DNA of 28,496 bases from a virus (lineage: Duplodnaviria > Caudoviricetes), in IMG/VR virus record IMGVR_UViG_3300043447_000435, positions 1 through 28,496 of that record; one strand, 5' to 3'. The notes beneath the pieces were generated by a model. That model saw only the letters and a list, made by a program, of their open reading frames with translations, was not told the origin of the DNA and searched no databases. Made by a program: the position numbers and the translations under genes. Below are positions 1 to 9,027 of the stretch, piece by piece; the stretch's first letter is position 1; the number at the start of each line of letters is the position of its first letter.

Positions 1-2
1 TA

Positions 3-1022
3 TCTAAAGCAAACTTCAATACTAACGATGAAATTGAAGAATCTTATTTTGATTTTGACGATGTAGAAGGAATTGATTTAGAAGAAGAAAGTAGAAGATT
101 CCAAAAAGTTATAAAATTTAAGGATTGTAATGATGTTAATGTACCAACAGACGTTTCGACATTTGAAGATTTTGTTTACATGGTAAACAACAATAATAAA
201 ATGAGTTTAAATCAAGTTGTTGATAACACATTATATAACGTTGCAAATCTCTCATATCAGAATTCAGGTCAAGTCGCTTCATTACAAAATTTTCACATCA
301 ACATAATGAATAGTTTTATTTTGAATATGCCCAAGGCGATGATTGGTTCTGTTATGTCCCCTAAATTTTTATTACCAATTGTAGTAATTTACAAAGCTGT
401 AGTCTTAAAGGGTCAACAAACTTTAACTTCAGCTAAAGAAATATTAAAGAAACTTTATAAATTATTTACAAAAATTATCAAAGATATTTTCTGGAAATTC
501 ATTACTGAAATTTGGGGTAGAATTAAAAGAGACATATTAGATTTTATTAAACAATTGGCACTTAAAATCTTAAAAGATAAATTTAAAAAATACGCATTGA
601 TAATTGCCGGTTTAATCGCTTTAATTACTGCGGTTATTAATTCTAATTTAGATGATTGTAATGCACTATATAATACTATTTTAACGACTATAAACACCGC
701 ATTGTCAGCATCATCAATTAGTTTACCGTTACCTGCGTTGTTGGCTTCATTTGCCAATTTAAGACCAGGTACAAGTGAAACAAGTATGTTAATTGATTTT
801 ATTGAAAATGCACAAAAGAATGGTGTAAATCTAAATGATATTCACGGTGAACCAAATAAACAAATTAACCACGCAAAATCAGTAATTAGTGGTATGGTTG
901 GTAATATCGTAAATAATGGTGTTGCTGCGGGTGGTAATGAAACTGGTTTTGGTTTTACTGCCGATGGAAAACCAGTAACAATACCGAGAGGTTCTTTAAA
1001 AGTAAATTCTGTATTTTATTAA
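3..1022 (+). CDS. Hypothetical protein, probably virion/baseplate-associated; 5'-truncated by the window edge
   Basis: The frame of the 180..1022 ORF is open back to base 3 (SKANFNTNDEIEESYFDF...), so the true start lies upstream. It has hydrophobic/amphipathic helical segments and precedes a gp5-like gene. Confidence 0.6.
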   Translation, partial: SKANFNTNDEIEESYFDFDDVEGIDLEEESRRFQKVIKFKDCNDVNVPTDVSTFEDFVYMVNNNNKMSLNQVVDNTLYNVANLSYQNSGQVASLQNFHINIMNSFILNMPKAMIGSVMSPKFLLPIVVIYKAVVLKGQQTLTSAKEILKKLYKLFTKIIKDIFWKFITEIWGRIKRDILDFIKQLALKILKDKFKKYALIIAGLIALITAVINSNLDDCNALYNTILTTINTALSASSISLPLPALLASFANLRPGTSETSMLIDFIENAQKNGVNLNDIHGEPNKQINHAKSVISGMVGNIVNNGVAAGGNETGFGFTADGKPVTIPRGSLKVNSVFY

Positions 1023-1024
1023 TT

Positions 1025-1225
1025 ATGGATAAGGAAAAAATTATTGAGATAATAAAAGATGTTGAAAATAAATCAAACAAAGATTTATTTTTAGTCATTA
1101 ATGAACTTTATACTGAACACGAAAAAACTAAACAAATCATTATAGATTTAACAAGACATTTAGAAACTGTTGAAAATTTATATAATGACGTAAATAACGA
1201 AATAGGTAAAAGAGTTAAGAAATGA
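1025..1225 (+). CDS. Small coiled-coil hypothetical protein
   Basis: 66 aa, tightly packed between neighbours (ATGA overlap with the next gene), heptad-like pattern. Confidence 0.7.
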   Translation: MDKEKIIEIIKDVENKSNKDLFLVINELYTEHEKTKQIIIDLTRHLETVENLYNDVNNEIGKRVKK

Positions 1226-2730
1226 AAACAATTTTTATAGGTATATGTGATGATAACATAGATCCATTAGGATTAGGTAGAATTAGATTTAAATCATTTT
1301 CATCTAATCCTGGTTTTATCGAGGGAGGATTCAAATACGAACCTTGGGATGAGAATGATCCGTTTATTGCGTCACCTCTTTTACCCGGTAGTTTTAACCA
1401 TGTACCTGAAGTTAAACAACCCGTTAAAATATTTTTATATGATACTGACAAGGAGTTAGTAAACAAAGAATATATTGCTGGACCATTTAATTCTGCCCAT
1501 GATTTTAATAATCAAACTTTTTCAGAGGGTGTTAGTGAAACAACTTTAGGTAATGCGTCTAAAAAAGGTCCTGACGTATTTTTACCCGACGGAAGTTATG
1601 TTGAAAAAAAGGCGAAAGGTGCGTTTGCTAAACCCGAACATTATGCGGTTTCAGGAATGTATGGTTCAGATGTTTTATTTACTGATAGTGGTGTGAATAT
1701 TAGAGGAGGTAAATTCCCAACTAAAGAATTTGCTAATTCTGCTGATAGAAAAAAATTGATAAGTCAACCTTTGATGTCCGACAACGTTGCAACATTAACA
1801 TTAAAAAAATTCCCAAGAAAATTAGAACTTGTTGAAGAAGAAGAGAAAACTAAAAAATTCAAAACAGGTAAACTAAAATACATGGTGGAATATGAAATAG
1901 AAGATTTTAGTTTTACGGGTGCAACGAAGATTAACTTCGACATTTATAACACTCAAAATGACAATGATTTATTTAATATACAAAATGTAAAAATTGACGA
2001 CGCCAAAATCACCACAGGTTCCACATTAGTTAACGTGTTTAGTGATTTTAATGAATTCCCAAACGACACTGGTCATACATTTACAGTTACCGTTTCAGGT
2101 GTTACTGAAGCATATATCACTGTTAGGGACATTATTAAAGGTTTTAATCGTTATGGGTTTAGACATTTTAATGCAATGGATTTGGAAGAAAATGTTCATC
2201 CATTTTATTTTAGACCAAAGAAAGTTTCGGCGGTAAGTACATTAACAGGAACAAGTCAAACCAATAGAGAACTTATTTTTAGTAAGATTGACCCATTCAA
2301 TAGATTCACAAAAGGGATGATTTTTTCAAAAAATGACGCAAATATTCCATTTGAGGATGAGGTTAAAAAACTTAAAAGATTAAAAGAAACCGAAGAAAAA
2401 CAAGAACAATCTTTTGCGTCAATTAAGAGTGACACTATCTACTTAGTATCAACGGATACTAATGAGTTAAAACCTATTAATTTTAAAAAATTAGACAAAT
2501 ACGAACCAACACATAGTAATTTTGTGGAGGACATTCACCCAAATACATATGCGTTAGTGAGAGGTGAAATCCTATTGGAAATATTAACTACAATGATGGA
2601 TTTACTAGAAAGTCACCAACATCAACCTACGGAACCATTGGTTAAAAGTGACCCTAATTTTATCCGTTTACAGAAACAAATCTCAACTTTGGAAAATGAC
2701 TTATTAAACAAATCGATTAGAATCAACTAA
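1222..2730 (+). CDS. Baseplate central spike / hub protein (T4 gp5 / VgrG-like)
   Basis: N-terminal DDNIDPLGLGRIR resembles the gp5 OB-fold start (DPxxLGRVRVR). C-terminal LVRGE...HQH resembles spike-tip HxH metal-binding ends. No lysozyme domain is recognisable. Confidence 0.65.
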   Translation: MKTIFIGICDDNIDPLGLGRIRFKSFSSNPGFIEGGFKYEPWDENDPFIASPLLPGSFNHVPEVKQPVKIFLYDTDKELVNKEYIAGPFNSAHDFNNQTFSEGVSETTLGNASKKGPDVFLPDGSYVEKKAKGAFAKPEHYAVSGMYGSDVLFTDSGVNIRGGKFPTKEFANSADRKKLISQPLMSDNVATLTLKKFPRKLELVEEEEKTKKFKTGKLKYMVEYEIEDFSFTGATKINFDIYNTQNDNDLFNIQNVKIDDAKITTGSTLVNVFSDFNEFPNDTGHTFTVTVSGVTEAYITVRDIIKGFNRYGFRHFNAMDLEENVHPFYFRPKKVSAVSTLTGTSQTNRELIFSKIDPFNRFTKGMIFSKNDANIPFEDEVKKLKRLKETEEKQEQSFASIKSDTIYLVSTDTNELKPINFKKLDKYEPTHSNFVEDIHPNTYALVRGEILLEILTTMMDLLESHQHQPTEPLVKSDPNFIRLQKQISTLENDLLNKSIRIN

Positions 2731-2735
2731 TTTGA

Positions 2736-2742
2736 TATTTAT
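2736..2742 (+). promoter_or_regulatory. TATTTAT upstream motif (putative late promoter element)
   Basis: GATATTTATT, 11 nt before ATG 2754; the same motif recurs before many genes. Confidence 0.5.
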
Positions 2743-2753
2743 TAATAAAAAAG

Positions 2754-4130
2754 ATGTCATATTTCCGTTCATATTTTGAGAAAAACAATACGTTAATCAA
2801 GGATAGTCGTATTAATACGTCTAAAAACCCAACAACTGAGATTTTTTACGGTTCAGGGTTTTCCAAATTTATATTTAAAGTCGATTTAACTACGTTAAGA
2901 AACAAGGTAAATAGTAACGAACTTGTTGTCGATTCTAACACCAGACACATCCTACATCTTACCAATACAATATTTGGTGACGAGGGTTTAAAAGGTTTAA
3001 ATAGAACCACGGGTAGGGATAGGGCCGTGTCATTTAAATTAATCGTATTCAAAATATCCCAATATTGGGATGAAGGTATCGGTTTTGATTATCAAGACGT
3101 TTCATACGACTTTGTTGATGGTAACAAAACATATGACGAAAGACCATCTAACTGGTATTATAGAACCACCATGAATGGTTGGAACACACCGGGTATTTAT
3201 TCTAATTCACCTGTTATAGTCGGGGAGCAAACTTTTGATAATGGAAATGAAGACATGAATGTCGATATTACCAACTATGTAAATCAAGTCATATCAGGTC
3301 AAACAATTAATCAAGGTTTAGGTATTGCATTTGATGTTGTATATCAAGATTTAAGTGTTGCAGTTGACCAATCAGTTGCTTTCTTTACAAAATACACACA
3401 AACATTTTTTGAACCCTATGTAGAGTCTTATTTCGATGATGTGATTAAAGACAATAGGTCAAACTTTATTATCAGACAGCCACAAAACTTATATCTATAT
3501 GTTACAAAAGGTGGTAATTTTTACAATTTAGATAATCTACCTGTTGTTAATATATTGGACAACACCAGAACTCAAATAGAAGGTTTGGAAGAATTAGAAG
3601 TAACATTAGTTAAAAAGGGTGTTTATAAGGTCACATTTACTATTGATAGTTTACAGTGTGATGGTAAGAAATTCTTTTACGATAATTGGAGTAACTTATC
3701 AATAGGAGGTTCCGAAGTTCCTGACGTCACACAAAAATTTGTACCGAATCCAATATCTTATGGATTTACAATTGGTGAAAATCAAACGGAATTAGAAAGA
3801 TACAGTTTCCAATTTTTTGGTATTAAACTGAACGAAAAGATTAAAAGAGGAGATGTTAGAAAAATAACAATCTCAATGAGATCTATCAATCAACCAAAAA
3901 CAGTTTTATTAGATGAATTATACTATAGAGTATATATTCTTGAGGGTAGAACTCAGGTTATAGTTCATGATTGGACTTTAATTGATAAAACGAATAACGA
4001 AAATTCATTTCATTTTGATACCTCGATATATATTCCGAGGGAATATCACATTGAATTAAAGGGTAAAACACACACCGAAGAAATTCATTATAAAGAACCA
4101 ATCAAGTTTGAGATTGTGTCGGAGAAGTAA
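2754..4130 (+). CDS. Beta-rich putative virion structural protein
   Basis: 458 aa, aromatic and beta-strand-rich (YWDEGIGFDY, SNWYY, W-x-TPG), lies in the structural cluster, and has Ig-like-looking C-terminal segments. Confidence 0.55.
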   Translation: MSYFRSYFEKNNTLIKDSRINTSKNPTTEIFYGSGFSKFIFKVDLTTLRNKVNSNELVVDSNTRHILHLTNTIFGDEGLKGLNRTTGRDRAVSFKLIVFKISQYWDEGIGFDYQDVSYDFVDGNKTYDERPSNWYYRTTMNGWNTPGIYSNSPVIVGEQTFDNGNEDMNVDITNYVNQVISGQTINQGLGIAFDVVYQDLSVAVDQSVAFFTKYTQTFFEPYVESYFDDVIKDNRSNFIIRQPQNLYLYVTKGGNFYNLDNLPVVNILDNTRTQIEGLEELEVTLVKKGVYKVTFTIDSLQCDGKKFFYDNWSNLSIGGSEVPDVTQKFVPNPISYGFTIGENQTELERYSFQFFGIKLNEKIKRGDVRKITISMRSINQPKTVLLDELYYRVYILEGRTQVIVHDWTLIDKTNNENSFHFDTSIYIPREYHIELKGKTHTEEIHYKEPIKFEIVSEK

Positions 4131-4132
4131 GA

Positions 4133-4140
4133 TATTTATA
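4133..4140 (+). promoter_or_regulatory. TATTTATA upstream motif
   Basis: GATATTTATA, 5 nt before ATG 4146. Confidence 0.5.
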
Positions 4141-4145
4141 CTAAT

Positions 4146-4751
4146 ATGAAAACAATTAAATTAACCGAAGAACAACTAAGAAAAGTTGTTAAAAAGGTCA
4201 TTAAAGAAAATGAATCAGGAGTTTCTAATTACATGTTCTTCAGTAATTTAGAACAGATAAGAAGACAATGTGATTTATTATTAAAACTTGACCATGATAT
4301 GGTTAACGAAATTTTAGAAAACGGTCACGATTGGGCTGATGACCATATTTCAACAGCTAAAGAAAATATGGATCAAGTTTTTGATTTTTTAATGAACGAA
4401 ACAAAAAAAGGTGATTTAAACGAATCTTGTTGGGAAGGATACAAACAAGTTGGGGGTAAAATGAAAAATGGTAAAATGGTTCCAAATTGTGTACCTAAAA
4501 ATAAATCCATTAAAGAGGCTTCGTCACGTGCACAACAAGCTGCAATTGCAATTAGTAAGAAAAAAGAAGATAAAAATGAATCTTACGGTGAAATAGACGA
4601 AAGTAAAAATTGTCCTACCGACCCAGCAAAATGGGCGGCATCTAAAGCTGCAGCTAAAGCAAAATTTGACGTATACCCATCTGCATATGCAAATGGTTGG
4701 GCGGCAAAAAATTATAAATCAAAAGGTGGTGGTTGGAAAAAATGTAAATAA
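4146..4751 (+). CDS. Modular hypothetical protein (putative head-packaged polyprotein)
   Basis: Leader MKTIKLTEEQLRKVVKKVIKE, followed by distinct short modules (CWEGYKQVG..VPNCVP; AQQAAIAISKK; KFDVYPSAYANGW) separated by IKE/LNE/IDE. Confidence 0.75.
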   Translation: MKTIKLTEEQLRKVVKKVIKENESGVSNYMFFSNLEQIRRQCDLLLKLDHDMVNEILENGHDWADDHISTAKENMDQVFDFLMNETKKGDLNESCWEGYKQVGGKMKNGKMVPNCVPKNKSIKEASSRAQQAAIAISKKKEDKNESYGEIDESKNCPTDPAKWAASKAAAKAKFDVYPSAYANGWAAKNYKSKGGGWKKCK

Positions 4752-5513
4752 ATGAATTTACAAGAGAACATACAAAGGATTAGGGAAATGATGATTTCAG
4801 AGGAGATGGTACAATCCGATGCGTGGAAATCTCTAAAGAAAACGTTGGACATTCTTAAAAAGAAGAAAAAAGTTTTACTATTAAGTTGTTCTAATAGACA
4901 TAATTGGGATAAAAATGATATTGATATACCAAAATCTAAAATGATTGCGATGTATCTTAATGATGAATTAGGTGATAATTCATCATTAATAGATGTACCC
5001 GAACTTAAGATATTTCCTTGTGAAGGTAACGTGTCAAGAAAAGATGGAGATTCATGTGGGGTGTTAAAATCCAAACTCAAAGACAAGGATAAAAATCCTT
5101 CAGGTCATCACAGATGTTGGGCTAGTATCAATAACAAATCGGATGAACTTTGGAAAATATCTAAAGAATTATTTGAGTCAGATATAGTTGTTTTTTTTAG
5201 TTCGGTAAGATGGGGACAAACAAATATGTATTATCAAAATCTAATTGAAAGACTTAATTGGATTGAAAATAGACATACAAATCAAAATGAATCTAATATA
5301 GTGAAGGATATTGAATCGGGTTACATTTGTACAGGACATAATTGGAATGGAAGTAATGTTGTCGATTTACAAAAACAAGTTCATTCATTTTATGGATTTA
5401 AAGTAAATGACGATTTATATTGGAATTGGCAATACACCAAAGATTTTAACGACGAAAGTCAAAAGTCTTATAAATCAGCTTATAATAAATTTATAAAAGA
5501 CACTAAATTATAG
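4752..5513 (+). CDS. Flavodoxin-fold NAD(P)H-dependent FMN reductase / multimeric flavodoxin family protein
   Basis: VLLLSCSNR phosphate-binding-type loop, LIDVPELKIFPCEG, and ESDIVVFFSSVRWG...LIERL typical of the FMN_red family; short N-terminal leader. Confidence 0.7.
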   Translation: MNLQENIQRIREMMISEEMVQSDAWKSLKKTLDILKKKKKVLLLSCSNRHNWDKNDIDIPKSKMIAMYLNDELGDNSSLIDVPELKIFPCEGNVSRKDGDSCGVLKSKLKDKDKNPSGHHRCWASINNKSDELWKISKELFESDIVVFFSSVRWGQTNMYYQNLIERLNWIENRHTNQNESNIVKDIESGYICTGHNWNGSNVVDLQKQVHSFYGFKVNDDLYWNWQYTKDFNDESQKSYKSAYNKFIKDTKL

Positions 5514-5514
5514 T

Positions 5515-6387
5515 ATGAATATCATCGTATCCAAAGAAGATTTAAAATATATTAATGAATCGATTGAATCAGGTGAGGTTTTAAAAGAAGACCTTAGAAG
5601 ATGGTTTAAAGAAAAGTGGGTAGACGTATCTAAAAAGGTAGATGGTAAACATCCACCATGTGGTAGAAAAGATGCTGACGGTAAATCATACCCAAAATGT
5701 AGACCTTCAAAAAAAGTATCAAAGGAAACCCCAAAAGTTGCATCTTCTTATAGTAAAAAAGAAAAGAAAGCAATGACTTCCCAAAAGAGAAGAGCAGAAA
5801 AGAAAGATCCAAAGATTGGTAAAGGAAATAAACCAACTATGACTCATTTTGATGAGGGAAACGATATTAATGAAAAAAGTAGAAGTTTCGCTTTTACTCG
5901 TAAAAAAAGATTACACAGCCAACCTGAAAGAATGTCAAATCCTTTAAGGTTTAAAGAGGTTGATAGATTAAATGAAAATAAAAAAGATAAAATTATGAAA
6001 TTAGTAGTTACTGAAGAACAGTTTCAAAGGTTATTCGAATATAACGAAGAAACTCCTGTATTGATATATGAAGACGAATTCGGTTCAATACAAAACACAA
6101 ATTATGTTGTTGATAACATGTTAAATGAGGCCGAGTATCAAGGACGTAAAGTTCAACTTGGAAAAATCATGCAAGGTGATATTAAAAAGTTTAAAGTGTA
6201 CGTCAAGAATGACAAGGGTAAGGTTGTTAAAGTAAATTTCGGTTTTGGTGGTAAATCCGCCCATGGTAAAGTAATGAAAATTAAAAAGAATAACCCACAA
6301 AGACGTAAATCATTTAGAGCAAGACATCATTGTGAAAGTCCGGGTCCACGTTGGAAACCTCGTTATTGGGCTTGTAGAACTTGGTAA
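5515..6387 (+). CDS. Modular basic hypothetical protein (putative head-packaged polyprotein)
   Basis: Two Lys/Arg-rich, Cys/Trp-containing domains (LRRWFKEKWVD..CGR..YPKCRP; KKFKVYV..VNFG..RRKSFRARHHC..YWACRTW), each preceded by an L-x-E site. Confidence 0.75.
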   Translation: MNIIVSKEDLKYINESIESGEVLKEDLRRWFKEKWVDVSKKVDGKHPPCGRKDADGKSYPKCRPSKKVSKETPKVASSYSKKEKKAMTSQKRRAEKKDPKIGKGNKPTMTHFDEGNDINEKSRSFAFTRKKRLHSQPERMSNPLRFKEVDRLNENKKDKIMKLVVTEEQFQRLFEYNEETPVLIYEDEFGSIQNTNYVVDNMLNEAEYQGRKVQLGKIMQGDIKKFKVYVKNDKGKVVKVNFGFGGKSAHGKVMKIKKNNPQRRKSFRARHHCESPGPRWKPRYWACRTW

Positions 6388-6828
6388 TTAGTAGTATTTT
6401 ACATCAACCCCACATTCAAGGAGGAGTTGGAGAGATTTCTTTTGAGATTCATCCCACTTCTCCTTATTTTTTGTGGTACACACCTCTTTACAGTAAACAG
6501 TTTGAATTCCACTGTTTACTATACCTCTAGCACAGTCCATACATGGTAGTCCTGAAGTAAGGTATATTATGGAACCCTTTAATGGTGTTCCTACGCGTGC
6601 TGCATTATAAATTGCATTACGTTCAGCGTGTTCAAACCAGAAGTACTTTTCGGGTCTTTCCTGACGTTCTTGTAACGAATCATCTAAACCCCTTGGAAAC
6701 GAATTATATCCCGTAGAAAGGACCTCATTATCCTTACCCACTATAACTGCACCTATCTGTGTAGATTGGTCCTTAGATTTAAGTTTAACCTGTTCTGCAA
6801 TGTTTAAAAAATACTCAGTCCAATTCAT
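6388..6828 (-). CDS. dCMP deaminase
   Basis: Zn-dependent deaminase motifs HAERNAI and PCMDC, plus STGYN and SKDxSTQIGAVIV. Confidence 0.92.
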   Translation of the reverse strand: MNWTEYFLNIAEQVKLKSKDQSTQIGAVIVGKDNEVLSTGYNSFPRGLDDSLQERQERPEKYFWFEHAERNAIYNAARVGTPLKGSIIYLTSGLPCMDCARGIVNSGIQTVYCKEVCTTKNKEKWDESQKKSLQLLLECGVDVKYY

Positions 6829-7145
6829 TATATTAATTTAATTTTTGACCAATACCAAAGTCTACCATCTGAATATCGGTTAAGTGATTTAGCATCCTTT
6901 TTTTCAACAAATTTACCCATCAATACCAAATCAGGGTGATTTTTAAGGTCAATACCGACATTAAATCCACCATCGAATTTTTCATATGTGGTTTCCTTCA
7001 TTGGAACCTCATATTTTCCTTCGTCATCTAATTTTAACGTCTTTACCATCTCATCCTTTTTCATCTTACATTCCAAACCTCTCGAATGTATCATTTTTTC
7101 AAGGACGTCAAGTCTAAGTTTACTATAGTCGGTAATTTCACCCAT
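6828..7145 (-). CDS. Hypothetical protein with SAP/HeH-like N-terminus
   Basis: The likely start is ATG 7145 (MGEITDYSKLRLDVLEKMIHSRGLECKMKKDEMVKTL), which resembles a SAP helix-extension-helix motif. Confidence 0.6.
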   Translation of the reverse strand: MGEITDYSKLRLDVLEKMIHSRGLECKMKKDEMVKTLKLDDEGKYEVPMKETTYEKFDGGFNVGIDLKNHPDLVLMGKFVEKKDAKSLNRYSDGRLWYWSKIKLI

Positions 7146-7185
7146 AATCACAAATATAAGAAATATTCTGGAATATACCAAAAAT

Positions 7186-7217
7186 AAAAAACCCCCGATT
7201 TCTCGAGGGTTTTTTTA
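7186..7217 (-). terminator. Intrinsic terminator after the major capsid gene
   Basis: Minus strand CCCTCGA-GAAA-TCGGGGG followed by TTTTTT; GNRA loop. Confidence 0.85.
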
Positions 7218-7233
7218 TAGATTCCTATTAAGA

Positions 7234-8997
7234 TTATCTTAAAGTATCTGTTCCAAATACTTGGATTCCTTTTACATCGATAGTTGCGAAGTAACGGTTG
7301 TTCACCATTTTCTTTGCGTATCTTGTCATGATACCCTTGATAGGAGTCATGTTGAAAGGATTGTACATAGTTGGAGTTAATTGTAAAGGTACATACGGAG
7401 CGTAGATGTAACCAGCGTCTAATAATGACTTACCTTTGTGACCAATCAAGATTTTGTTTGGTGGGAAGTAAGGATCACGATAAACTTGGTAACGACCAGC
7501 TAATGAACCGATTTTCTCGATACCCATGTTATATGTATCTTGCTCAGGATCTGCATTAGATACGTGGAAATACTCTAAATCATCGAATACTGCAGAAACT
7601 TCTGAAGAAACAACAATCCAGTTAGCACCACCTCTTAATGTAGTCTTGTGGATTTGAGCTGATAATTGGTTAATCTTAGTGATTAACGTTTGGTTCCAAT
7701 CTTTTTGAGTGTAACCTTGTAATGTAGCACCGTTTGTTCCACCGTACTTCCATCCGTTGTAATCCCACTTAGCAGTCCATGCGGCACCTTTACGTAAGTC
7801 ACGTAAGATTTCACGGTCAACTTCAGCAGCGATTTGCTCAGATAATAAAGCTGTTAATTCAGCTTCAGCGTCGATGTTGTGGAATGCACTAACGTCTTGT
7901 GCTAATTCTGGAGACCAGCTAGCTCTTAATTTTCTTTCAGTTACAGAAACTGTTACAGATTCTAAATCGAAAGATACTTCACCGATTTCATCTTCAAATT
8001 CTAAAGATGCATATTGACGATAAGTTACTGCGAATTCATTAATTGCTAATGTAGAACCAGTTACTTCATAATCAGAGAAACCTGAAGTTGGGTCATATTT
8101 TTGTAAATCTACTTGTACATAAATCACACCTTCGATGTCACAAATATCTTGGAAACTACCAGTATTACCTGCAGATTTTTGACCGTACTCAACAAGACCT
8201 TTACCGTACTTGTTAGTAACGATATTGATTGGAAGTGGAGCAGTTGTAATTCCTAAGAAAGAACGTAAATTAGCATCAGTTGTTCTAACTTCTAATGAAG
8301 CTAAAAATTCTTCTGTATCCATTTCGTTACCGTTAGGACCTGATAATTTACCAGCACCTGATTGTGTGAAACCTGATAATGCTAATACAACACTTGATTT
8401 AGTTGTACCAGTTGCTAAAGCTGTACCATCAATTGTAACAACACCAGCTGCGAAAGCTGCGTAACCTGCTACTGTTAATGATTGACTTGAGAACGCACCT
8501 TTTGAATAATCAAAAAGACCTTCAGTTAAAGCGTCACTATTCTCGTAGAAACGATCATAAAGACTTCTTTTACCAGTTGGGTAACCATCACCTACTGCGT
8601 TGTTACCTGTAACACCGTTTGGTCCAGAATATGGTTGATAGTGACTATCACCACCTCTTAATTCCTGAATTTTAGGAATGAAGAAGAATAATTTACCAAT
8701 TGGTAAGTTCATAGCTTGTACAGACACGATGTCGTTAGCTAATAATTTAGAGAATACACGACGAATGATAGGGAATACCACAGTCTCGAATGAACCAGAC
8801 GCATCAGCTACAGCCGCTTCGTTGATTAAATAAGACGCTTGGTTTTCATATAATTGCGCGATGTTATCTTTTTGATGACCGTCAAGACCTTCTAAAAATC
8901 CTAACTCATCCCATTTTTTGATGGTATCTTCTTTGATCACACGTAAGTGCTTAAGACCAATGTTACCTACCATACCTGATTCTAATAATGCTCCCAT
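7234..8997 (-). CDS. gp23: Major capsid protein (T4 gp23-like)
   Basis: VVFPIIRRVF, DIVSVQAMNLPIG, RKLRASWSPELAQD, DAEAELTALLSEQIAAEVDREIL, YAPYVPL, GIMTRYA. Confidence 0.96.
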   Translation of the reverse strand: MGALLESGMVGNIGLKHLRVIKEDTIKKWDELGFLEGLDGHQKDNIAQLYENQASYLINEAAVADASGSFETVVFPIIRRVFSKLLANDIVSVQAMNLPIGKLFFFIPKIQELRGGDSHYQPYSGPNGVTGNNAVGDGYPTGKRSLYDRFYENSDALTEGLFDYSKGAFSSQSLTVAGYAAFAAGVVTIDGTALATGTTKSSVVLALSGFTQSGAGKLSGPNGNEMDTEEFLASLEVRTTDANLRSFLGITTAPLPINIVTNKYGKGLVEYGQKSAGNTGSFQDICDIEGVIYVQVDLQKYDPTSGFSDYEVTGSTLAINEFAVTYRQYASLEFEDEIGEVSFDLESVTVSVTERKLRASWSPELAQDVSAFHNIDAEAELTALLSEQIAAEVDREILRDLRKGAAWTAKWDYNGWKYGGTNGATLQGYTQKDWNQTLITKINQLSAQIHKTTLRGGANWIVVSSEVSAVFDDLEYFHVSNADPEQDTYNMGIEKIGSLAGRYQVYRDPYFPPNKILIGHKGKSLLDAGYIYAPYVPLQLTPTMYNPFNMTPIKGIMTRYAKKMVNNRYFATIDVKGIQVFGTDTLR

Positions 8998-9027
8998 TTT
9001 AAAATTGTATTTTGTTTTTTTTATTTA

